In this document: piece by piece, positions 26,076 through 36,200 of the stretch
Numbering within the stretch: position 1 is the first letter of the stretch
Layout: every line of letters begins with the position of its first letter
DNA from: Paraspadella gotoi
Taxonomy: Eukaryota > Animalia > Chaetognatha
DNA length: 64,000 bases
NCBI GenBank assembly: GCA_051294375.1
Contig: CM119265.1
Span: 16,176,896-16,240,895, forward strand
Reading direction: 5' to 3'
Translations under genes and position numbers: made by a program
Notes under the pieces: generated by a model
What the model was told of the DNA's origin: nothing
The model's input: the letters and a program-made list of their open reading frames with translations, nothing else
Databases searched by the model: none

Positions 26076-26150
26076 GCGGGAGGTGAGGACGGCCGTAAGC
26101 CGCCTTGGGGCGTGCAACCCCTTCAAGCCTGGTTCCAAGCCAGGACCCGT
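26076..26150 (+). ncRNA. Type-P5 twister ribozyme, copy 1; predicted cleavage U26096/A26097
   Basis: P5 GCGGG/CCCGU; P2 GGU/GCC; GAGGA-CGGCCG-UAA; GC 26102-26103 for T2; P3 CUUGGGG...CCCCUUCAAG; P4 closing loop UUCCAAGC; T1 UCC:GGA is a compensatory version of the usual CCC:GGG. Confidence 0.85.
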
Positions 26151-26479
26151 TCATGGCTACTAAAGGGGGTTATAGAAGTTACGGATAGTCATCTTCAGCC
26201 CACTTAGCGCCTTATCCACACTGGTGAGCCCATCCTGTCGAGCGTATTCCAACCTTCTGATTCCAGGCCCATGGACGTGCTGAAGATTGCTCCCTCCCTC
26301 CACTGGAAGCAGTGCAGGGTGGGTTACAATCTGGGGGGCATGTAGTCGGGCATTGCCTAGGTTCACTCCCCGCCTCTAAGCATGACAACCTTCAGTCTGA
26401 CCCGGTGGGCTCATTGAGTAAAGCCATCAGCTCATGACCACTAGGTACCGGGTTCAATTCCCAACCCGGTACCTACCCT

Positions 26480-26556
26480 GCGGGAAGCGTGAGGACGGCC
26501 GTAAGCCCCTTGGGGGCGTAGGGCAACCTCAAGCCTGGTTCCAAGCCCGGACCCGT
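26480..26556 (+). ncRNA. Type-P5 twister ribozyme, copy 2 (indel-affected); predicted cleavage U26502/A26503
   Basis: GCGGG..GAGGACGGCCGUAAGCC..CUGG-UUCCAAGC-CCGG-A-CCCGU. P4/L4 geometry is canonical, but the T2 G is missing (mutation or consensus error). Confidence 0.65.
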
Positions 26557-26637
26557 TCCATGGCTTCAAAGGCGGCTTATAGAAGTTACGGATAGTATCT
26601 TCAGCCCACTTAGCACCTTATCCACACTGGTAAACCC

Positions 26638-28615
26638 ATGATCGAGGAAGAATTTCACCCTATATACAGACCACAAGTCGTTGGTCCCAGCCCTTCGCGA
26701 AAAAGACTGGAACCTCACACGGCCCGACAAACGTACCAATTATCCGGCATTGCTGAATATACTACTGACATTCAGTACCTGGCTGGAAAAATGCCAACGT
26801 CTGGCTGACTCCTCTCACGCCCTAACTTGGAAAGATCCAAATCCCAAAAACCCCCCTCCTTCTTTCCCCCTCCCCCTTCACCCACCCCCCAACCTTCTTC
26901 CCTCTTTTTCTGCCCCCAAAACCCTCCCCCTCCAATTGTCGCGTCAATCACCAGAGAAGTGCCCATCGAGAAGCATCAACTCCTCGATCAGCTCGCGTGC
27001 TCTATCCTTCAATATGGCGTTGATTTCGAAAAAATGGCAGCTGACCAACGCTTGACGCGAATACCAGCGCATTCGTGACCGACGCATCTTCCGGAACTTC
27101 GCTTCCGAAAAATTTCCCCTAGGGGCATCATCAATCGTCGTGGATGTCAGTAATGGCCCGCACGCCCATTTGTTCCCTTCTTCATGGCGTCGACGCGTGT
27201 TCGAGGCCATCCACAATCTCGGCCATCCGGCGTCGAGAAACTCGACAAACGGTCGCAGAAAATTTGTATGGCCATCAATGCGTGCAGAAATATCAAAGTG
27301 GGCACGGGAATGTCAAGATGTCAACGCGCAAAGTGACTCGCACCACAGTGCCGGAGATCGGCACCTTCGAACTACCCGAGCGCCGTTTCAAGCCACGTGC
27401 ACGTCGACATCGTAAAAATTGCCCGCGTCAAACCGGCTTCAATTACGTTTTGACAGCTGTCGACCGTTTTAACTCGATGGCCAGTCGCATTTCCAATCAA
27501 GGATATGCGGCAAAAACCGTCGCCGACGCTTTTGTCCATGCTGGATCGCGTCATTCGCGTCCCAAACCACCGTCACGACTGACAGAGGCTCGCAGTTTCC
27601 TGTCCTCAATATGGACCAACTTCCTCAAATCGTGGGGAATCTCACATAATTTACGACGCCTACCACCCGCGTCTAATGGACTTGTTGAACGGTTCCATCG
27701 TCGTCTGAAGGAGTCCTGATGCCTTGGCCGCGACACCAGGGCGACTGGTATTGGGCCTTCCCTGCTCACTCCTGGCCATAAGAACAACGCTCAAACGGAT
27801 GTGGGCGCCACCCCCGCCGAATTAGTTTTACGGCGAAGCAATCGCCATTCCAGGCGACATCCTCGCGGCGCCCATCAGCGGCGATGCCAGTGAACGCGAA
27901 GCAACGCGTCGAACTCTCGCGAATCTGCAGTTAGAAGTGTCGCGCCTCAACTATACCAACTACGACGCATGCCCAGCCTCGCGTCCACGTACCCAACACC
28001 CTCCGCAACGCATCCCACGTTTTCATCCGCGCGGCGGCGTGGCACCAACGCTAGCGGCACCATATCTGGGACCCTACCGGTGTAATCTCCGAGACGAATT
28101 AACTTTCAAAGTGGCGACGCCAGACGCCGTCCACCAAAATATCTCGATATCCGGCGCCTTAAACCCGGCGTTTTGGGGCAGATGACGACGCCACAGCGAC
28201 ACAGTCCAAATAACACGCCTGCGATGCCTTCCTCGCCTCCTCCGCCTAATCGGCGCCCCGGCATTCGTACTCGCGGCTCCCGCCCAATCGGATCGAATCC
28301 TTCGCTCGAACGCAAATCGAGATCGAGAGCAGGCTCCTCCTCCTCCTCCTCCTCCTCCTCCTCCTTTCTCTCTCCCCCTCGCTCCCCCCCTCCTCCTTCC
28401 TCCCCAACCTTAAACCTTTTCTCCTTCATGACTTCCGCCGTTACAAACAAACGTAAACAAAGAATCTCAAAAGATAAACAATGAAGATTCGTTGGAACCA
28501 AACGACGCCGGAAACGACTCGACGCCAAGTTCATGCCGATCCAACTCGACCCGGCTCCCCCAATCGACGCTCATATGCAAGAGTTCTCGCCCACATTCTT
28601 CACCAATTCGAGACG
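26638..28615 (+). pseudogene. pol: 5'-truncated, frameshifted Gypsy pol (end of RNase H plus integrase)
   Basis: FTLYTDHKSL, DVSNGP...WRRRVFEAIHNLGHP, LTAVDRF, ASNGLVERFHRRLKES and APYLGPY fragments in shifting frames, homologous to the 33250 and 54265 ORFs. Confidence 0.9.
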
Positions 28616-29080
28616 AAGATCAGCACCATTAACGAACCCAAACGTGTTACGTGCACTCACTTCGAATTAACAATTTCTAATCATGTATTTTTTACTTTAA
28701 CATTTTTACTGTTAATTTTACTCTTTCTCCATTTAAAATCGTAATCAAGACCATTAACATATCATCGCTACCACTATTATATTGTTACTGTCTTTATCAT
28801 CGTATTGCCATTATTATTAACGGCAACATTCAAAACCGTTACACCAATCTACATTTTTACTTTATCATTGTTCACACTCGTTATAATATTCTGTTACACC
28901 AATCTACTATTTTACTTTATCATTGTTTTACACTCGTTATTATATTCTGTTTTAACACAAGTGTAAATCATTTTCCTTTTACCTTTTAAATTTAAGTAGT
29001 TTTTACTATATAATGCAAAAGGCAAAACAATTTTAGACAAAATCACGCCAAAGTTTTTCCCGTATTTTATCTGGGGGGCG

Positions 29081-29251
29081 TGTAGCCTTTGCCCTCGGCA
29101 CTTTTACCGAGAAAACCTCCCAAACTCGATAATAATAATATCTTGATGATCTTTGGTACAAAGCAGCGTTTTTAGTCAATGTGAAAGAGACATGTTTACG
29201 ATTAATAAAATTGCCTTTTACCTCGTCGGTGTCAGGTGTTCACTATCTACA
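29081..29251 (+). mobile_element. 3' LTR (171 bp) of the truncated Gypsy element
   Basis: PPT CTGGGGGGCG at 29071-29080, then TGTAG...CTACA with an internal AATAAA. Confidence 0.8.
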
Positions 29252-30034
29252 TAAATATGGCCTACTGCATAATTTGTAAAATTTCTTATAATTTTTTTAT
29301 TACATAAATGTTTTATTAGTATAATGTTATTCATTCCTCACTTTAGAATTTTAATTAAAGTTAAATTTTAGAAAATTTTACTACGCCTTAGTATACACGT
29401 AATTAGTTTTTTTAAGGGGACTGTGTCATTTTGGGGTCCAGATTATGAAAGTGGGCCAAACTTTGTGAATGAAACTCCTCTGACATTGGATCATCTTGAC
29501 TAGATAGTCACAGATCTCTTATCTTTCACAACGCAAATTTTATATTCAGGCTAAACCACTTACAACACATTGACAAGCTAACATAAAGTTGTATGACTGG
29601 ATTGAATAAAGTCGAGAAATGACGAGTCATATATTTGATGACTCAAGTTTAAAAAAGCACCTTAAAAATAACGCTTAACACAGTATTCATCTCCAAGCTG
29701 AAAAAATGTTTATAGATAAGAGAAAATTAATAGCTTTACAGGATAAAATGCCGGAATGGGAAAATATGGCGATTTGATCTTTGATGAAGTTTTTAATCTT
29801 TTTTACGCAGAGAGGTTCGGTTAGATAGAGGCCTTTTTAGATAATTATTGAATTATTAAATTGATTATTATTGATTTACCCTATATGATTAACAATCTGG
29901 ATGCTGGTCTTCGGCATCGCGATATAGATCAGTATATGGTCAGTCTTGGTCAGTATGGATCATGTTCTTTGGTCTGTACTGTCCTCTACGTTATATCATT
30001 TCTAATTAAGAGAAAGGGAAAGGTCAGCGACACC

Positions 30035-30519
30035 TAAGAGAGAGAGAGAGGAGAAGAGAAGAAAATGTAAAAAGGAGGGCCACACGAATCAAGGAAAGAG
30101 AGAAAAAGAGAAGAGAGAAAGAAAGAGAGAGAGAAATGTGGAAAAAGGATGGAACAACGAATGAGGATAGAGGAGGGAGGGGGGTAGATGAGAGCCAGAA
30201 AAATATGTAAAAAGGAGGGGGTCCATGAATGAGGATGAGAGAGAAAATGAGAGAGAAAGAGAGAAAGAAATGTGAAAAGGAAGAAACAAGTTGTACGAAT
30301 GAGGAGGAGGAGGGTAGAGATGAGAGAAGAGAGAGAGAGAGAGAAAGAAATGGTAAAATGGAGGGCCAATGAAATAGAAGGATAGAGAGAAAAAGAGAAA
30401 GAGAGAAAGAGAGAAAGAAATGTAAAATGGAGGGCCATGATAAGGATGAGAAAGAGAAAAAGAGAGAGAAAGAGGAAAAGAAATGTTAAAAAGGAGGAAC
30501 ACGAATGAGGAGGAGGTGG

Positions 30520-30550
<31 letters not shown>

Positions 30551-30665
30551 AGAAACTGTGAAAAGGAGGAACACGATGAGGAGAAGGGTGGGAGAGAGAG
30601 AGAGAGAGAGAGAATGTGATAAAGGCGAGGACACGAATGAGGAGAAGGGTGGGGGAGAGAGAGAG

Positions 30666-30698
<33 letters not shown>

Positions 30699-30760
30699 GA
30701 AAGAAATGTGAAAAAGGAGGAAACACGAATGAGGAGGAGAGAGGGAGGGAGAGAGAGCGT
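30035..30760. repeat. Degenerate purine-rich minisatellite (~60-bp period)
   Basis: Recurrent AATGT.AAAAGGAGG..CACGAATGAGGA motif separated by (AG)n. Confidence 0.75.
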
Positions 30761-31164
30761 GTTGGAGGAGATTTATGTAGAATCGCCAGACGCGCGAAGG
30801 TGGCTGCAAAGTTGAGGGGGACTGGAACACATCGGGATCTCCAACGGCGCCCTCCAATCAGGATGCGAGCGACGGCGCTGTCGGAGAGTATTGCCTTAGT
30901 AGTCCTTACAGTAATATGATCTTGAGAGATGGATACAGAGGCGCCACAATATTGAATGAGGGAAGTCTGTGATCAAGAACCATGTATTCTGACACGTATA
31001 AAATTTATTAATTATTGTAACGATACTCTTCAACTGAAAGGGAAACAGATTAATAAATGATAATTATTTATTTAAAATGAAATGAAGTTTATAAATGTTC
31101 GAAATGCGAAATAGTTCCATCGAAGTCATCGGGGTCCACGCGAATTCCGTCTCCAAATAAGAGA

Positions 31165-31203
<39 letters not shown>

Positions 31204-31449
31204 GAAAGTAGAAGATAAGAAAAAAAAGTTTGAAGCAACCGTGGTCGGATCTGCACGATCATTTAACGGTAATATTAATTATCTCCAATTTCAAAATATT
31301 ATTTTAATGAATTCTTTTAATTGAATATAAGTCATTGATTGATTAATGTACTTGAAATAATTAATTAGTAATGTTGATTATATGATTAATTAGTTTATTA
31401 ATTAATTTAATTTTAATAGAATAANNNNNNNNNNNNNNNNNNNNNNNNN

Positions 31450-31915
31450 AAGAGAATCCCTTAAGGTATTCACAAATTCTGTCCGTCCTCCATTCCCGGT
31501 CAGTCCGTCCATCCGTCCGCTTACGCTTTGGAAGAAAACAAATAGGAGCAGAAGAAAAGGAAGCAAAGGAAGAAGAAGAGAATCCCTCAAGTATCGCAAA
31601 TCTCTGTCCGTTCCCGTCTCCGTCGTCATCCGTTCCATCCGTCTGAAGAGAAAAATAGGAGGCAGAAGGAAAGAAGCGAAAGGTATTCACAAATTCTGCT
31701 CCGTTCCGTCCGTGATCGCAGTCGATCCGTCATCCGTCTGAGAGAAAAAATAGGAGGCAGAAGAAAGGAAGTGAAAAGGTTATTCACAACATTCTGTCCG
31801 TTCCTCCCGTCCGTCGGCTCATCCGCTTCCATCCGTCTGAAGAAGAAAAATAGGAGGCAGAAGGAAAGGAAGCGAAGGTATTCACACAATTCTGCGTCCG
31901 TTCCGTCCCCGGTCG
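31450..31915. repeat. Tandem repeat of ~100-bp unit, 4-5 copies
   Basis: Recurrent AGGTATTCACAAATTCTG...CATCCGTCTGAAGAGAAAAATAGGAGGCAGAAG. Confidence 0.85.
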
Positions 31916-32193
31916 GTCGGTTTCGTTCGTCCCGATCGTCCGACTATTTTTTCGATCGGTTTCATTGTAACCAATTAGATCAAATTAAAAAATAACATAC
32001 TTTAATTTGAGTCAAGGTCAGCGATTGATGCATTTTTGTAGCACTGTATCTCGATCTCGATCCAGCTTTACCGTGACTGACCAAGCAATGTCCGACTACA
32101 ACAACAATGATTGATGACGATTGACCAACAGCAACCACAAAAAAACTAATACGAAAACCACTATTACAAAAACCAACTTTAAATAACAACATC

Positions 32194-32349
32194 TAAGCAA
32201 AGTTTGATAAATAATTTCATCAACGATTTATTTGTGTACGGACATGTTTTCGCACTCTTATTTTTCGAGTCTTCATCAGCATTAAAGAGTCGAAACATGT
32301 CCGTACACAATAAAATCGTGATGGAAACTTATTTTCAACCTTTGCTTAA
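32194..32349. mobile_element. Penelope-like element terminal-repeat remnant (inverted partial repeats)
   Basis: ~65-bp inverted arms (TAAGCAAAG...TTGTGTACGGACATGTTT / AAACATGTCCGTACACAA...CTTTGCTTA) enclosing a hammerhead core. Confidence 0.6.
32238..32282 (-). ncRNA. Minimal type-I hammerhead ribozyme motif, probably degraded
   Basis: Minus strand AUG-CUGAUGA-A-GACUC-loop-GAGU(G)C-GAAA(A)CAUGUC-CGU; the inverted arm preserves the cleaner GAGTCGAAACATGTC. Confidence 0.6.
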
Positions 32350-32503
32350 ATCCTAAACTCAACGAAGCTGAAAGGATTAATACAATGGCTATAACAACAT
32401 CAAAACCAACACCATAACAATAACGACAGCAACCGCAAAAAAAAACAACAATTACAAAAACAGGACCGATGATTACATTAAAACAACCAACCTTTACAAT
32501 AAC

Positions 32504-33098
32504 TGTGGATGACACCATAAGAATTCACTTCGTTGCCGAGGCGTCATCTAACGTTCGAGGATGCGGCGTTGGCGTTGACGCTCGTGGCGTCGTTAATTGT
32601 CAATTTAATAATTGGTAAAAGTTATTAATAACCAACTTGCTTGGTTAATGTGATAAAGGGAACCTTAATAAAATAATCAAAGCATATAGATATTCCATTG
32701 CTTTGCCATCAGCAATTGAAATATCTATACAGCAAAAATAGCAATTCAATTAATTAATTAATTAATAACGGAATAATTGTAAAAGACATTAATAATGAAT
32801 AATTAATAACGAGACAAGTTTCTTGCAGAGTTGATAATTTTCATTTGACTTTACAAGGCAAGAAGAAATTCTTGATAGAACCAAAATAACTGAAATCAGC
32901 TGAGCTGAATGTAAATCGGATTGCTGTTTTGTTTGTGTAAAACAAAAGGCGAAACATTAACGTTGGTAAGCTGATAAAGTGTCTAAGGAAATAATATTTC
33001 TATCTACCAAAGTGGCGATGATGGCTGAGCCAATAAGTTTGGGCAAGGGGTCTCGAGTTCGGGGCTGAAAATGCATCATCTCATATTTCAAATCTACA
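32504..33098 (-). mobile_element. 3' LTR (595 bp) of Gypsy element 2
   Basis: Minus strand PPT CTGGGGGGGA then TGTAGATTTG...GTCATCCACA; the end matches 37984-38032 and the remainder matches 39938-40478. Confidence 0.9.
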
Positions 33099-33249
33099 TC
33101 CCCCCCAGACGGAAACTTTACAGTTTACGGAAACGAATGGGCTCAAAGAGGTAAGAATTATTGATTTTGAATAAGAGATGTGGCTAATTTAAGTTATTAT
33201 ATGTACATATTACATAGAGAAAAGAAAAGATATTACAATTGTTTGTATT

Positions 33250-36200
33250 TCACTGCAGTTCGAGTAAACGACGAAGGACGGCGTTATAATCTGGTCGAGT
33301 TGCGGAGCTTATTTTGTAAGAAAAGTTCAATGGTCTTGGACGTAAAACACGTTCTACTGGGGGGCGTGGCTGACGCTGAATCGCTTCCGGTTGCGTCGTC
33401 GCTGGCGACGCGGGGGGTGCGCCGAAAGTCAGTGCTTGTTGATTCTTGGCTCTCGGGTTGGCGTCAGTCTTTTTGTTTACGCCTTGGGGTCGACCGGAAA
33501 TGGGCGTGACTTCGTCGCAGGGCGCTGGGGCTTCAGGTACGCTTGTTGTAGGGGCTGGATCGGATTGCAGAAGTTGACCACTATCGTCGTCGTCGTCGTC
33601 GTCGTTCTGGTTTTGAGTCAGTGACGTTGGTTGTTGATGGCGAGCTGTTGAGCGTGTTTGGCGAGACGTTGGAGCCGGTTGGCGAGTCCGGGGACCTGGT
33701 CGTCGGCCCCGAGGAGGCGGAGGCGGTGGCGGAGACGGCTGGGTGACTCGTTCTTCTCCCTCGTTGTTACGCCACTGTGTCGCCGGCTTGATTCGCGAGA
33801 TCGCGATCGTTTCTACGCCTCGACCTGGAATGTCAACTTTGAAGTTGAGGTTATCGCGGGAGACGACGCGATAGGGGCCATGGTAGGGTGCGGTGAGAGG
33901 GGGGTGTACTCCCGCACGTTGGATGAAAACGTGCGTGGCGTCGACAAGGGTTTCGGGAAGATAAAGTCGAGGGGCTCGATGTGCCGACGTCTCCGTCGGT
34001 TGGAGTCGCTCGACCTCGAGGCGGAGATTGTTTCGAGTTTGTCGACGCTGGTCATGGAGACGGTCGTCGTCGTCAATTGGCGGCGGGAGTAAATCTCCAG
34101 GGACCGCGAGGCCTTCGCCAAAGACCAACTCAGCCGGTGATGCTCCAATGTCCGGTTTAATCGTGGTTCTGATGGCGAGTAGGGCTGACGGCAGTTTCCA
34201 AAACCATTGGTTAGGCTCTTGGTTGCCGAGCGCGATCAACGCTTCCTTCAAGCGACGGTGGAAGCGTTCCACTAACCCATTTGACTGCGGGTGGTAGGCT
34301 GCTGTCTGGAAATGCTTGATTCCCCAACTCTTTGTCAATTGAGTCCAGATAGTGGAAACGAACTGGGCACCGCGGTCAGTCGTTATTTTCGAAGGAATGC
34401 CGAAGTTGGAAATCCAGCCATGGGTTAGGGCGTCGATCACGGATGTGGACGACATATCCATCATGGGGATGGCTGCAGGCCATCTCGAGAAACGATCAAC
34501 GATCGTGAGGAGGTTTTTGTAGCCGTTTGATGCCGGCATGATTGTGATGTCCACATTGATGTGGTTGAAGCGCTTGGCTGGCACTTCGAATTCGCCAATG
34601 TTCGGGGTCACGTGACGGGTGACCTTTGCTTGTTGGCAAGGGACGCATTCCCTTGCCCAGCGGGTCGAATCAGCCTTGAGGGATGGCCAGACGAATTTGG
34701 CTGCAATAGTTTCGCGGGTCCTGGCGACTCCGGGATGGCCGAGGCCATGGATGGCATCGAAGATTTTTCTGCGCCATGACTCGGGCACAAACGGTCGAGC
34801 TGGGCCATTGGACACGTCGACGAACAGCTGCTGGTTTCCAAGAAAGACTTTTCTAAATTGCAGGCCCGTCCTGGAGTCCCGTGAGAGGCGCTGGAAGTCG
34901 GCGTCTAAAATTTGATGGCGGGCCATTTCTTCCAAATCGATGCCCTCTTGGCCGATGGCATTGACGGTGGATAACAGATCCTGGGTTTTCTCTGGCGACA
35001 CTGGTCGATCCACTGCTGCAACTGGCGGTGGATTTGGTCTCGACAGGGCATCGGCGACCACGTTGGCCTTGCCCCTGATGTGCCTAATATCCGTTGTAAA
35101 CTCGGATATTACCGAGAGCTGGAAATTATGGCGAGTTGTCTGGGGTTCTGCCCGCTTGTGGAGGGCATGTATCAATGATTGATGGTCGGTATATAGAGTG
35201 AAGGATCGGCCTTCAAGCCAGTGTCGGAAATGCCTGACCGCTCGAAAGGCCCCATAAAGCTCTCTATCAAATGGCGGCCATCTCCTTTGCGATTCGTCCA
35301 GCTTTGCTGAGAAAAAAGCTAGAGGTTCCCAGCCTTGGGGTGACCTCTGCTCCAATACTGCACCCACCGCGATGTCTGAGGCATCGGTCGTTAGCGCCAG
35401 TTGGGCGTTGGTCTGCGGGTGTCGGAGCAGCGCTGCGTTGGCTAAAGCTTCTTTGATGGCTTCAAAGGACTTCGAGCATTTTTCTGACCAGTTTAGCTGT
35501 TTGGGCTTGCCTGCGAGGACGTCGTACAAGGCAGCTGCATGCTGGGCTGCTTTGGGTATAAATCTTCGGTAATAATTTACCATACCCAGGAATCTCTGCA
35601 GCTCCTTAATAGTTGTTGGCGGATTGGTGGAGCGAATGGCCTCTACCTTCTGAGGGAGTGGTTTGACGCCGCTGGCATCTACCAAATAACCGAGGAATTC
35701 GAGGGAGTCTTGGCCTAGTATACACTTGTTGCGATTCACTACTGAGCCATTTTCGGCGAGGGAGTTGAACACAGCCTCAAGGTCCTTCAAATGCTCCTCT
35801 TCGTTGCTGCTGGCGACAAGGATGTCGTCTAGATAGACGTAGGTATGGGGGATGTCCCCCAATATCTCGTCCATCATACGCTGGAAATCTTGTCCGGCGT
35901 TTTTAAGGCCGAACGGCGTCCTCAAGAAAACGAATAAGCCAAACGGGGTTATTACCGCCGTTTTTGGCACGTCCTCGTCAGCCACAGGGATTTGGTGGTA
36001 CCCTTTAAGGAGATCTATTTTTGAGAAGATTGTCTTCCCAGCCAACTCCGCGTTAAAGTCTGCTAATAGCTTTACCGGGTACTTGTCGTCCTTTGTCTTG
36101 GCATTAAGGCGGCGAAAGTCTCCACAGCACCTCCATCCTCCATCTGCCTTTGGAACACACAGAAGTGGAGATGACCATGAACTTTTGGCTCTTTTTGCGA

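Larger units (their letters stand above)
25868..26640 (+). mobile_element. Tandem TRIM-like non-autonomous LTR element carrying twister ribozymes (LTR retrozyme candidate); unit 403 bp
   Basis: PPT CTGGGGGGCA, LTR1 25937-26220 (TGTAG...CCACA), PBS TGGTGAGCCCAT 26222, 120-bp internal region, PPT 26331-26340, LTR2 26341-26626, PBS-like TGGTAAACCCAT 26628. No credible ORF. Confidence 0.85.
25390..29390. mobile_element. Non-autonomous hAT-like DNA transposon containing nested retroelements
   Basis: 8-bp direct repeat GTATACAC at 25382-25389 and 29391-29398; termini TAGGCGTAGT / ACTACGCCTTA; subterminal inverted match GCAGTAGGCATATTTAT (~25498) vs ATAAATATGGCCTACTGC (~29251); a single GTATACAC at the paralogous site 61140-61147. 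Confidence 0.75.

Noticed and set aside
30776-30948. TGTAG...CCACA segment as a possible solo LTR
   Set aside because: The flanks TTTA and ATAT do not form a TSD and there is no second copy in the window.
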